Part shown: piece by piece, positions 36,101 through 47,872 of the stretch
How the letters are laid out: each line of letters starts with the position of its first letter
How positions within the stretch are numbered: the stretch's first letter is position 1
Source: Lama glama
Lineage: Eukaryota
DNA: 64,000 nt
NCBI GenBank assembly: GCA_028534125.1
Contig: CM052821.1
Location: 55,304,001 to 55,368,000 of the forward strand
Reading direction: 5' to 3'
Made by a program: the position numbers and the translations under genes
Notes under the pieces: generated by a model
What the model saw: only the letters and a program-made list of their open reading frames with translations
Databases searched by the model: none
Told to the model about the DNA's origin: nothing

Positions 36101-36604
36101 GGAAAACGGGGCATTTTGATGCAAAAACCACCAAGGAGTTTCCTTACAAGCCAATAAACAGCAAAATAAAAGGACACCCCTAAAGCCCCCAGGCCGTCCC
36201 AGCATTTCCTTGGAGAGCCTCCTGACTCTCGGGTTTCATCCAGGTAAGAGCGGAGGAAAGGAGTTTCGCTTTGGAATTGGGTTTGAATGGCCTGGAATTT
36301 TAGCCTCCAGTAATGACTTGGCCAAGGCAGCTGTAATGAATAAACTCTTTCTGCGTCCTTCTCAGTGTAGGGTGGTCTCCGGGGTCCCTGTCTCCCCGCC
36401 CAGCGCTCCCTGGGGGAGTATCCGCCCCAGCACAGGCCTTGGGTTTATTTACACAGACCCTCAACAAACGCTCATTTCCTAAATACCTTTTTCAACCAGC
36501 GTATTTATTTAAATTTCAGAGTATAAATGTCTGAAGACAGAAAAGCTGCCAGGCTCCCCCCACCGCGCCCCTAGGCTGGAGGAGGTGGGGTGGCGCCGCC
36601 CTAC

Positions 36605-36693
36605 CTTGTTGTAATACTGCACCTGCACCGAGTGCCACCGCCCATCACTCACGCCCCCGGGAACCTGCGGGGACACTGTCGTCGTGGTCTCAC
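36605..36693 (-). CDS. CELSR1: CELSR1 exon 5 (89 nt): LamG1
   Basis: Acceptor cacag|GTGAG, donor AAG|gtaggg; GETTTTVSPQVPGGVSDGRWHSVQVQYYNK. Confidence 0.95.
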
Positions 36694-37086
36694 CTGTGGG
36701 GCAGGGGGAGATCCAGAGAGAAAAGACAGGTGAGCGGGCCCCTGAGGCTAAAAGTCCTTCTGACAGTCTGGACAAACGTTCTTGCCAACAACCCAGAAAC
36801 ATTTTTCATGGCTTTGCAAATGTCGGTCATCTACAGAGGCAGCAGCACACTTCAATGATCCCCCAATTTTTGGAAATCTGAGCTGTGTTCCCAGCATTGT
36901 AAACAACGCTGCAGTGAACATCTCTGTGCATCCGGGATCTCTCCCACAGGACGGATTCCCAGATGTGGATCCAGGGATCAGCAGGTGAGCAGGCTCGAAG
37001 GCGCTGCACGGGGTGGGCTGGTTTTAACCGACAAGGCGCCCGTGACGTGCTCTGAGGGCCACTCTTTCCGGTGCAGGAGGCTTTAC

Positions 37087-37202
37087 CTGCTGAGAAGGTG
37101 AGCTGCACCTGCTCGTCCACGATCTCCAAGGCGATAAAGTCGTGCTTCTCGTTGAAACGGCCATTGTAGAGTAGCAGGGCGTTCCTCTCCTGGGTGGCAA
37201 AC
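37087..37202 (-). CDS. CELSR1: CELSR1 exon 4 (116 nt): LamG1
   Basis: Acceptor cgcag|GTTTGCC, donor GCAG|gtaaag; FATQERNALLLYNGRFNEKHDFIALEIVDEQVQLTFSA. Confidence 0.95.
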
Positions 37203-39889
37203 CTGCGGGGCCAAGCAGAAGCACATCACACAGCGGATGACCCCGGGGTGGAAGGTCTGCAGGCAGCAGAAACCAGAGGCTGCCCAGAGCAGTTAGCCTG
37301 GCCGGGGTGGGCGAGGGCAGGGGCCACACTCAGCGAAGACTCTGGTCCCCAGGGCTCTTTTCATATGAGGGGTTGACAGTCCATAAAATCTGATCAGTGG
37401 CAGTCTTCTCTGGAAGGAACAAACCAGGTTCTAGGGGGGAATTTGGTGACCACGACCCGTATAAGGTGAAAAGGTTCCATCTGCACAATGTTTTAGACAG
37501 ATGAAATGGCCACTATACCATCGGGAAATGTTTGGACCAAATACACATGCAGTGCCTCTTCTGCGGATGTGCCCCAGGACACAGGGATGTGGGTGCTGAT
37601 GACCCCTCAGGGCCAAGTCCCTTGTCTCCACCACCACACTCCAGCCACACTGAGTCCTTTTGCTCCCCAGTGCTACACTCTTCCCTGCCCCCGGGCCTCT
37701 GCACCTGTTGTTTCCCACGTGGGGAACAATCTTCCCTGGCTCTGCAGCTCTCCCGTACGCCACACCAACTGTGCTTTCCCCAGCTCATTTTATCTAAATG
37801 GTGCCCCTACCCCATCAACCCCTCATTTCATTTCTGAAAGCACCCTGCTTGTTTATTTGTTTACAAGAACGTGCGATCCTGCAAGGGGAGGGACTAGGAT
37901 TCTCATTCATCGCTGCATCCTGGAGACCAAAACAAGATCTGGTCCAGACAAGCGCTGAGTCAGCGGATGGACGCCCGCACGCGCGAACCGACGGACGCGT
38001 GAAAACGAGCAGACTCGTCAGGCTTTAAGCATTCAGACCACTTCCTGCGACAAGAGGTAAACAGCCTCAGAAACCCTTCTCCCACCCCCGTGGTCCATCA
38101 GACCCAAGGGTCCCGGACACACCAAGTCGCCTCGACGCCTCCTCGACACCCAGGTTACAGAGAACCGGGCAAACCTCCCGAGTGAACTGGGGACCGTTTC
38201 CTGAGTGAGCTGGATGTCTCCCTCATCGGAGATTAAGTGGGGGAAATTCTTTCCTTTGATTCCAGGTTGGTTTATCTGTTTTCGTGCAGCAGGAGCCTGT
38301 CAGAAAGAGCCTGGGGCGCCTGACCTCAGCCGTTTCCCTGAGTTAGTTACTTAAAACTGACAGTTCCCGTCCGGACTCGACACCCCGTTTAGAAGGTGGC
38401 AGAGGACACACCTGCACGGCAGAGTGGATGCTCTGGGCGTGGAGTGAGCAGGTGGAAGGAGGACGCTGAGGTAAGGCTGGGATACGCACTTGCGGCCCGA
38501 GACTCCGGGGCACACCTGCTCCCCTTTGGTGGGTCTCGCTCTTGTGAGTTTCCCTTTGGACCGAGGTGGGAGCTGGTCCGGGGGGTCAGGGCTGAATGGT
38601 CCTCCGGCAGAAACCCTCACTGCTGGGGACCGAGAGCCAAAGAAGGGACCCAGGGCCACGGGGAGGGCCTGAACCTCGTAAGGGAAAAGAGGAAAGGCCA
38701 GAAATAGAAACCGAGGCCTGGCAAGGGGGCCCGGGAAGGAGCGAACAAAGGACGGAGGCGGGGAGGCGGGGGAGGAGAGGCTGCGGGACCGTGGGGCCGG
38801 GAGCCCGGACCCTTGGCAAACAGAAACCAGAAAGAAGAGAAGCAGCCTGGAAAGAACCGCCTGAAACAAAAGCCCCGGGCCGGTGCCCCAGCCCCCCTTT
38901 CCCACGGGGCGCCCCTCAGGAGGCGGGGCCCGCTCCTCCGGGGCCCTGCTCCAAAGCCACCACAGCCCCAGCGTGTGACTGCTCTTCTGCCCAAGTTCTG
39001 GGGGGGCTTTTTATGACTTTGCCTTTGGAGCAAAACCCTCCCGGTTTGGCGTCGGCCCTGACGTTTCAGCCGTCGTCAGGCGTACCGGAAGTCGTCCACA
39101 AACTGCTGTCAAATGTGATCGTCTGAAATACGAGAAGTGAGGACACAGGCACCACGTTACGTGGACATTTACTTAGACAAGAGTATTCTTTCATTTTTTT
39201 CTGAGTCTGGAGCCGACAGACACCCTGTGTTGGTTTCCGGCATGTCTGCCGGCCCCATGTCGGTGGGCCTGCCTGCCTACAGCACCAGGACTTCTGGTCA
39301 CCTTTGAGGTCAGCCTCCTGCAGGTCACTCACTGTGCTGCACGTGACAGAGGGTGCCGACCACGCCCAGGGGGCTGTGGCCACCTAGACACCAAAACCAC
39401 ATGCCAGCGACATGTTTGCCTGAAGATGCAGGGCGCCTTTGACTTGGGGGGCAGGCACCCATGGAAGCCATGTGGGACAGAGTGGCCAAGGTCCCACAGA
39501 GGAGCCCTCAGTTTGGAGGCTGTGCCCACACGGTGGCTTTCTGAGCACAGGGCCTGTGGGCGCAAGGCGGGGGCCTAATATTCCAAGCAGGCAGGGGCTT
39601 GCTTGTGAACGGGAGGGTGAAGTGCCAACCCCCGTGAGCCCTCACGACTGGCCTGGAGAGGGTCCCTCGTTAGCCGTTTTACCGAACATGGTGGAGCTGG
39701 AAACCGGGTACCAAAATGTGGGCAATAACTTCAAAACGGTGGGGCTCCAAGTGGCCCAAACCTCCAAAACCGGTTTTAGAATCAAATAACGCTGCCGCCT
39801 TGCAGTTGGGTCCAGGGGGCCGACTGGAGCCACGTCCCCCACCTCCCGTCTTGCTAGCTCCCGGAAAAGGGGTCAACGCTCTGAGATCA

Positions 39890-40080
39890 GGAGCAGATTG
39901 CAGATACTAACTGTACACAAATTAAGCAACAAGCTTCTACTGCACAGCACAGGGAACCACATTCGGTATCTCGTAGTTACCTATAATGAAACATACGAAA
40001 ACGAACAGATGTATGTCTGTGTGGGACTGAAACACTGTGCTGTACACCAGAAACTGACACAACACTACAAACTGTATTTC
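39890..40080 (+). mobile_element. L1 3' UTR fragment
   Basis: Aligns by eye to 30930-31110 (gcagatactaact...aacaag...tactg..cagcacagggaaccacattc...caccagaaact). Confidence 0.8.
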
Positions 40081-42269
40081 AGAGCCAGGAGCAGGGCCGC
40101 CAGCACACACACGGGCTCCGGGGATCACAGCCCCCTTGCTACTTTATCAAAGCTGGTCTCCAAGGGAAATTCAGGAAGAGGACAGAAGCTGGGAAATGCC
40201 TGCAGATCAGGACGAGCAAGCCCTGGGCCAGGAGGCTTATGGGGGTGGGGGGAGGAGGTGACATTAAGAGCACGGGCTACTGGCAAACCCTGTGGGTCCC
40301 GCTGACCAGCCTTGCCGCCTCAGGCAGGCTTCTCAGCCCTTCTGCCGTAGGCTCCTCGCCTGCGGGAAGGGGGTGACAGTGGTACCCAGCTCCCAGGGTC
40401 CTTGTGAGAAGGAAACGAGCCTGACAGGAAATGAGAAGGAACCAGCACAAAGCCCGCATGTTGCTGCAGTGTGGCGCACGCTGAGGTCTGAGATGAGCTG
40501 GGCAGAGCCCAGCAGGTGTTTCACGGGGTACCAGTCTCCCTAAACAGAGCGTCCTCTGAGAGGACATCGTCTGCACCCAGTGCACATGTCTGAGCCCAAG
40601 AGTTTACCGGGCGGCTGGAGCAGGGCCAGGTGGGTGGGGCAGCTGACACCCCACGCCACTCGGAATGCCCGGGATGGCCGCCCTCTGCAACTTTACCCCT
40701 CCCACCCCCCACCAGGCCAAAGAGCCCTCCTCTGGGAGCACAGGAGGCCCCTGGCCGACGTCACGGGGCCACAGGCAGGGAGCAGCGGGCACTCGTGTCT
40801 TGTCTGCAAGGAACAACCAGCTCGCTGACCTCTGGGAGCCTGGGTGTTGGGACACAGGATGAAAAGCCCCCGAGGAGCTTCAGACCAGCAGGTGGTCAGG
40901 GACGGACAGAGCTGGGCCTCAGCATGCGCTCAGAAGCCCTGGGGCCTGAAGCCCGGAAACCCCGGCCACGGATCCCATGCAGTCACTGAAAGGTTTCAAA
41001 AGGACAGGCATCTGCTTTGGAGACTTTAACACAAATAATCTGACAGCCAGCACAAAAATAAGGATCAGGAAATCTGGCGTGCGTTCCCACCCCAACCCAC
41101 GCGCTAGCGTGGAGGACAGGGTTCGGGTGAGATCCGAGCCACGATGTACAGAACGCCCATGCTACCCAAGTGCCCTCACCAGGACCCTTTCGGGGCAGTC
41201 GAGGTGGACGGCAGCCTGATCCTGCAAGCAGGGCTGTCAGAGGCTGCAGGCAGCAGACACGCAGGCTGTGACCAGACCGTCCAGCCGGAGCTGGAAGGCC
41301 GGGGTCGCCCGGCCTGGGTCAGCGGGGCTTCCTCAAGGGAGCAGGAGCAGGAGTCAGGCAGACCGGCAGCAGGAGGCGAGGAAACGGCCTTCGAGAGGCG
41401 GGGCAGGTCCAGAGAATCACGAGGTGAGGGTGGCCAGGTCACAGGGCACAAGGTGCCAGGACCAGGGGTCGCCAGGGGTCAGGGCACAGGGCGTCCCCAT
41501 GTGCCCTATTGAGAAGTTTGGGTTTCACTCCAGATGGCCGGCAGGCCTGGCAGGACGGTCGACAGGGAACCACCTGACTCAGGCTGAGAGCAGATGGCAC
41601 CACGGCTGCCAGTACCAGGTGTCACCCGGGGGCGAGGACGGGGGCCCGGGAAGGAGGGAAGTGGCCGGACACGGGAGACCGGAGGTGGAGGGACTCCCAG
41701 GACCTGACTGAGAAGAGCGGGAGAGAGGGCAGGGGGCTGCCTGGACGTGCTCACGCCAGCACCGCACGGGGCCTGTCGACTGGGCTGCACCCCTCACCTG
41801 CTCAGGGGCGGGCCTCCCAGGGGAGGAGCCTGCCCCACCCGGCCCTGAGGAGCCCCGTTCTCCAAGGGCCTCTCGAGGGAGCCTCTGGGTTCTGGGGGAC
41901 GCAGAACGCAGCCTTCCCCCCGGAGACTGTGCTCCCCTAATAATGGGCCCCCTACACAACGATCAAACATAAAAACACCCTATTCTCTGAAGTTAAACTT
42001 GATAGAGATCTCTTCAATGGAAATGATACGTTTTTAAAAATTGAATTAAATCTAGATTCTCCTGGAGAAAAAGATGCAAAAATAGAAGAATGGCTGAGGC
42101 ACAGTCCGCCTGCATCCTCAGGCGATGGACGAAGGACCCAGACTAAAGGGGTCCGACAGCCGCCCGTGGTACCCAGCTAACAGGTGGCACGGCAGGAGGC
42201 TACGCTGAGTCTGATCCCCAGGCCTGCTGGTCCCCTGCCCTCCACGCTGGCAGGTGAGCGGGACCAGAA

Positions 42270-42425
42270 CAGCCCAGTGGCTTTATGGGCGTGCGCCCCA
42301 CGTGGGCAAACAGAGCCCCATGTCTGGCTTAATGCTCTGCTACTGCCAACTGGAAATTCTTAACTTTTGAACAAGGGCCCCATCCTCAATTTGCATGGGG
42401 CCCTAAAATTAAGTAGCCGGTCCTG
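42270..42425 (+). mobile_element. MER45A-like hAT MITE
   Basis: ggctttatgggcgtgcg...ttaatgctctgct...gaaattcttaac.tttgaacaagggcccc...gtagccggtcctg matches the recalled MER45A consensus. Confidence 0.7.
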
Positions 42426-42520
42426 CAGCCGGCTCTGGCCAGGGCTACTCAGCTCCCGGACGGCCCAGCGGACGGGCTCTGCTGTTACCTGGAGGGACGG
42501 GGTGTGTGGGGACCACTCAC

Positions 42521-42743
42521 GCGAGGGCGACGGTGAAGTGAAAGCGTTGTCTCAGGCCGCGGAAGGTGACGAAGGACTGTGGCGGGAAGCTCCTGGTGGT
42601 CACCTCGCAGTACGGCCTCTCGAACTCGCCGGGGGGGCACACGCAGTGGAAGCCGCCGATGAGCAGGTTCACGCAGGTGCCCCCGTTCTTGCACACGCCG
42701 TGGGCGCAGCGGCCGGAGCGCACATTCACCTCACAGTGCTCGC
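42521..42743 (-). CDS. CELSR1: CELSR1 exon 3 (223 nt): EGF3 and start of LamG1
   Basis: Acceptor cccag|GCGAG, donor CTCGC|gtgagt; GEHCEVNVRSGRCAHGVCKNGGTC...RFHFTVALA. Confidence 0.95.
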
Positions 42744-43969
42744 CTGGGGGACGAGAGCGGGGCGGGGTTCACACAGCGGCCCTGGGATGGGGTGGCGGGG
42801 GAGGGGCACACCCACGCCGAGGCCACCAACACCACTGCAGAACCAGCAGCTCAACCCAAACCCGGGAGCACGTGGGGCCTCTGGGAACCACGCCGGAGTC
42901 GGCTGCAACCAGATGCGTGCTGCTCCCGCCAGAACAAGGGCATCCGGTGCCTGGTGGGCATCTGCGGCTGGCCGGGCAGCAGGGTCCCAGTAAGCACCCC
43001 CAGGGGGTCCTCAGCCTAACGCATCAGGTGGCTGAGTCACTCCGACCCGTCCCTGTCCTGGGCCTGCCCAGCGGTCCCCCTGCTCAAGGGGCAGAGGACG
43101 GTGCATCAGTGAACACTTCTTAGCATCCAGCTCCGTTCTGAACACCCACTGGCTGAGCCCGGCTCTCTTTCGAGAGAATTACCTAGAAATACTGAGGTTG
43201 AGAGGGCCCCGTGCCCCTCCCCACGCCCACACCCACGCCAGTGCGGCGCTGGGCTCCTCGGGCCGGGACCAGCCCTGCTTAGGCCCAGGGCCTCCTGCGC
43301 CCACCTGCCCTGCTGCCCCCCACGCAGCCCCCACCGCCCGGCCAGCACCAGAGTCCAGTTCGTTTTTAGTCAGGTCTGTCTCTCCCACCAGCCTCGGAGC
43401 TCACCAAGGACAGGCCAGTGCCCTCCCTGTAGCCCAGTCCCTCAGAGACAGGAGGGTTCTGGAAGCCTCCTCGTAGAAACTGACCAGGCAGTCCAAGCTG
43501 ACCGCTTCTGCCCCCAGGCCCATCGGACCCAGAGTGCTCACCAACAGAAAGGCCACCGCGTCAGCCAGGAGCGGTCCAGCCAGGCGATCCTCGCTCCCTA
43601 GGACATGGTCCCGCCCTGCCCCTGCCACGGGGTGGACATCTCTGAGCCCTCACAGGCCCACAGACCGACAGGAGCCTCTAACAACCAGAAAGTCCTCAGA
43701 CCCCACTGTTACTGGTTTTCAAATGAATGCATTTAAAAATAAAGGTATTACATTCACATCCTAAAAAAAACCACCCCACAAACAGTGTGGCATTAAAAAT
43801 GTCTTCAGCTGTTTCTTGCAGAAAAAAACAAGAGAACTGGATGCCCTGCCCATGCCGTCCGGCACGTCGGCTCACCGCTGCACCTCGGAGAACCCCCGTC
43901 AGCCCTGGGAGCTCTTCCTCCTCTTCCCACGGCCACACAGCACACCTTGAGAGGACCCCGTGGGCTTCC

Positions 43970-44520
43970 TGTTCCCTCACTGACGGACGTGTCGGCTGCC
44001 TGCAGCTCGCTTTACTGCAGATAACTTTCTGGTATACATCCTCCTTGGCGGGCTTTAAGGATACCTCTCTCGAGAAAATTCCTACCAGCGATGAACCCAA
44101 GGCACACACAGCTTTGCATTTTGATAGCTGTTTCCAAACCGCCCTCCCCAAAAGGATGAAGAGACTCGCCCGTCCTCGCTGACAGGAAGCGTGATCAATC
44201 TGTACAATTATGTGCACTCCTGACAAATAAATCTCAAAGGTGTTTTATTTGCGTTCACTTCTGATGAGGCCCGACACCTGTTTGAGTTTTATTGGCAACG
44301 GCCGCTTCCTCTCTCTGAACGGCCTGATCACTTTTTCTATCAGATGGTTGGTCTTGTTCTCTGTGTGTTATACACGCTCCCCGTAAATTAAGGAATTAAC
44401 TGTTCTCTGCCATTTCTGGGATAACGCCCTCCTGGCTCCAGTTTAACTTTTGACTTATTTATGCATTTGCAGTCACATAAAAATGTTATGTCTGCACAGG
44501 GTCGTACTTAATTTCTCCTT
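43970..44520 (-). mobile_element. Very old L1M(E)-like relic
   Basis: gcattttgatagctgtttccaaaccgccctcccc, gttttatttgcgttcactt and other T-rich L1-like remnants; boundaries approximate. Confidence 0.5.
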
Positions 44521-44737
44521 TGTGAGGCTAGTGCTCTCGGATTATTAAAAGGTTGGTATGAAGAGATAGGAAACTTGGAGCTCCGGAGACATCCGGCACC
44601 AGGACCCTCGGTGCACGGCGAGGTGTGCCTTCAAATGGCAGCATCGTCCCCAAACCCAGAAGTCACTGGGATCCCCAGAGGGGTTCACCGGATGCCCTTT
44701 GGTGCCTTTTCAACATGGACCCATGTGGATACGTCAC

Positions 44738-45097
44738 TGCTGCCTTGGTCTGCTCAAGCTGCCATAACAAAGTACCATGAGCTGGGGGTTGAAACAACAG
44801 AAGTGTGTCCCGCGGAGTTCAGGCCAGGTGCCAGCACAGCCGGGCCGGCAGAGGGCCCTCCTCGGCTTGCAGGCGGCCGCCTCACCGTGGCCTCCCACAG
44901 CGCTTCCTCGGAGTATGTGCACAGAGAGACAGAGATCTCCGCTGTCTCTTCTCACGAGGACACTAATCCTCTTGGAGCAGGGCCCACACTCATCGTTTGT
45001 CTGAATTACTTCCCTCTGGGCCCCATCTCCAGACACAGATCCACTGGCGGTTAGGGCTGTCGCCTATTAATCTGGGGGACATGATTCAGACCACAGC
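44738..45097 (-). mobile_element. MLT1-type solo LTR
   Basis: gctgccataacaaagtaccat...aaacaacagaa...gggggacatgattcagacca. Confidence 0.8.
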
Positions 45098-46244
45098 CTG
45101 CATGTACGAGACAACTGGGAATTTGAGCAAACTGAACAGTGATATAAAAATTTATCATCAGTTTTTAAAAAGAAAACTTGGATGCTGCTGTCAGTGGGAG
45201 CTGTGGAGCACGACCCCCCAGGACCCAGGCTCTGGGGTGCTGGGTGATGACGGCTCACAGCTGACGCTCTGCATTCACATACCCCCCAGAAATCCCACAC
45301 CCAAAGCTACACACCCTTGCTGGGGCAGCCCACGGCCGGCGACAGGTCAGTATGGAGATGCAGAGACCGGGCCCTTCGGCCAGCGCAGCCCTCTCTGCGC
45401 GGCATCTCCAGGGCTGAGGCCTGGGGCAGCCGAGACCCTGCTGCCACCGCACTGGAGCCCAGTCCCTCCTCTGGGCAGCCCAGCGTGCCCCTGCGCCAGG
45501 CCCCCGCCCAGGCATGGCTCCTTGAGAAAGCAGATCTCGGGGCCTCAGACCCCGTGGGTTTCAGAGAGTGAAACAGTTGATGGGTGTAAGAAAACCCTTT
45601 CACTCATCCAAGGGAACGCTTCCAATGAGCTTGTTTTTTAAGGTACAAGTGAAACTGATCCATAATTAGCATAACAATCATCAGAAACATGCAAGGCTCC
45701 TGAAAAATCTGAGACCCCTCTACTTCCTCCAGTATCACCAAGAATCTTCACTCCCAGGCTGTGGCACCCGAGAGCACACAGCCTGCTGAGCAAAGGGCAC
45801 CTGGCCTGCGTCCCTCAAGCCCGGGGCGGGGGGGGGGGGGGAAGACGTGCAGTCGCTGACCTCCTACTGAGCTTCGTCCCCATTTAGGGCACCAGGCCCG
45901 TGACCCAGCGTGAGCCCACCCCCAGGGCCGGGCAGGCTCGGGTGGGCTCTCTGTGCTCCACGCCCCCACCAGGCAGGGCCCAGAGGCAGAGGCCAGAAGG
46001 CCCAGCCAGGCCGGCCACCTGTTCTCCCCGGGCGGGCTGCCCCTGCAGACCTGTGAGCAGAGGCCCCACACCCTGCTCAGAAGTGGGGAAAGGACAGCTG
46101 CCCGCGGACCCCTGCGGACCCTCCTCTCCGCTCCACCATCGATGGAAACCGTCCCATCTCCCAGGCCCGCTCCTGGGTTCCCAGGGTGCCCCGCCGGCCA
46201 CAGGACGCTGGGCTCCGCCACCCCGCCAGGCAGGCAGTGTGCAC

Positions 46245-46455
46245 TAACACACAGGCAGGCACACACAACCTCACACACACGCACGGACACACGTCTGTGC
46301 CCCCACACATCCAGTCACACTGCTGATACACTCACCCCCTTCTGTGTGTTCACACACACACCCTCAAACATACACACTCATATTCACATGCACCTGCATG
46401 CACACCCTCACACACACACACTCACCCATGCTCACCCCCTCACACACTCTCACGC
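46245..46455. repeat. CA-rich low-complexity tract
   Basis: Directly visible in sequence. Confidence 0.8.
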
Positions 46456-47339
46456 TAAGCTGTGCTTCTGGCCCTTCTCCAGGTGGGCGGCCTGCAGCCT
46501 TCTTAAATTCTGTGTGCTGATTTTAAAACGCTTAGCTTCAGGTGTATTTGTTCTTCATACACTTCAAATTCTCTCATCTCTACTTGGAAAACACATGTGA
46601 CATCTGGGAGTGTTTGCTTTCCAAGTCCCAACTTGGCAGGTCGGGGGCCAAGCAGAGCGCATTCTGAAATAATAAAGCCACCGCGAGAGGACAGGGCGGG
46701 CCGTGCTCCCCAAACCGTGACGGCAAACAGAGGGAGGTCCGGCCCGGCCCTTCCCGCAGCGCTCTGCCCCCAGGGTTCCAGAACCCTGCCGATCTGGGTC
46801 GGCCAGGTGGTCAACGTCCACCAGGCTGAAAGCGAAGCCGGGGCCCCCACTGTGGCCACAGCCACTCCCGAGCTCTGCCTTCCCGTTGTCTGGACATCTG
46901 GACCCCCTCCACCTCGACCTAAGGGCTCCACGATGTCCTCTAAAGGGCCACCTGCTACCTCGGCCCAGACAGAGGAAGGCCCCGCACCCCGAGAGAGCGC
47001 GCTTCGTTCAGTTCCCGGAGGTCTGAATTTGGCTTTGCCGACAATACTCCTGCCCAAAGGCGGTTCCCAGTGGCCGCAGGGAAGCCTGGTTCCTCAGGCC
47101 GCCCCCGTGCGCAGGAGGACGGCAGAGGGGGGCTGAGCTGCCAGAGCCACGCTGCAGGTCAGCCAGCTGCCTTAACACACCGCTACCCAGTGGAAAGGGC
47201 CTGACGGTGCCTGGGTCCTTCTGTCCCTCTGCTCAAACCATCATGCAGTTTGAGGTCAGCTGCAAACACAGCTATCTCCATGAAATCGGTGTTGGCCTTA
47301 ACTGTGAACGTTTTTTTTTTCCATTTCCAGCAAGTAGTT

Positions 47340-47757
47340 GTGCTTGTGTCCTGGGGCTGCTGCGACTGGTACGACAAACCTGGTGGCTTCAAACGACCGA
47401 GAGGTACTCTCACAGCCCTGGAGGCCCGAGGTCCAGAATCAAGGGGTCGCAGGGCCACGCGCCCTGCAGGCTCCAGCGAGGGCCCTCCGGCCTCTTCCAG
47501 CTCCTGGGGCGCCCTGCCTGGGCTGCGGCTGTTGTCCCTGCCTCTGTCGTCAGGCGAGCCTCCTCCCTGGGTCTGTCTCCCTCTCCTTTCTCTTACAAGG
47601 ACACCAACTGCTGGATTTAGGGTGGACCTAAGTCTGACCTAAATCTGATCTCATCTCGAGAGCCTTAACTAATTACATCTGGAAAGACCCTATTTCCAAA
47701 GGAGGCCACATTCGGAGGTTCTGGACAGGAATTTGGAGGGGACACTACTCAAACACA
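47340..47757 (-). mobile_element. MLT1-type solo LTR
   Basis: caaacctggtggcttcaaac...tcttacaaggacacca...gaccctatttccaaa, reverse complement of the 21870 element motifs. Confidence 0.82.
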
Positions 47758-47785
47758 GGAGAGGCCCTCTGTATTTGTCCTAAAA

Positions 47786-47872
47786 ATTTTTTTTAACTGA
47801 AGTATAATCAGTTTACAATGTTATGTCAGTTTTCTGGTGTACAGCACAATGTCTCAGTCATCCACAGACATG
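47786..47872 (-). mobile_element. 87-bp extremely truncated L1 3' end with TSD
   Basis: T tail, then gaagtataatcagtttacaatgttatgtcagttttctggtgtacagc; 12-bp TSD tttgtcctaaaa at 47774-47785 and 47873-47884. Confidence 0.85.
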
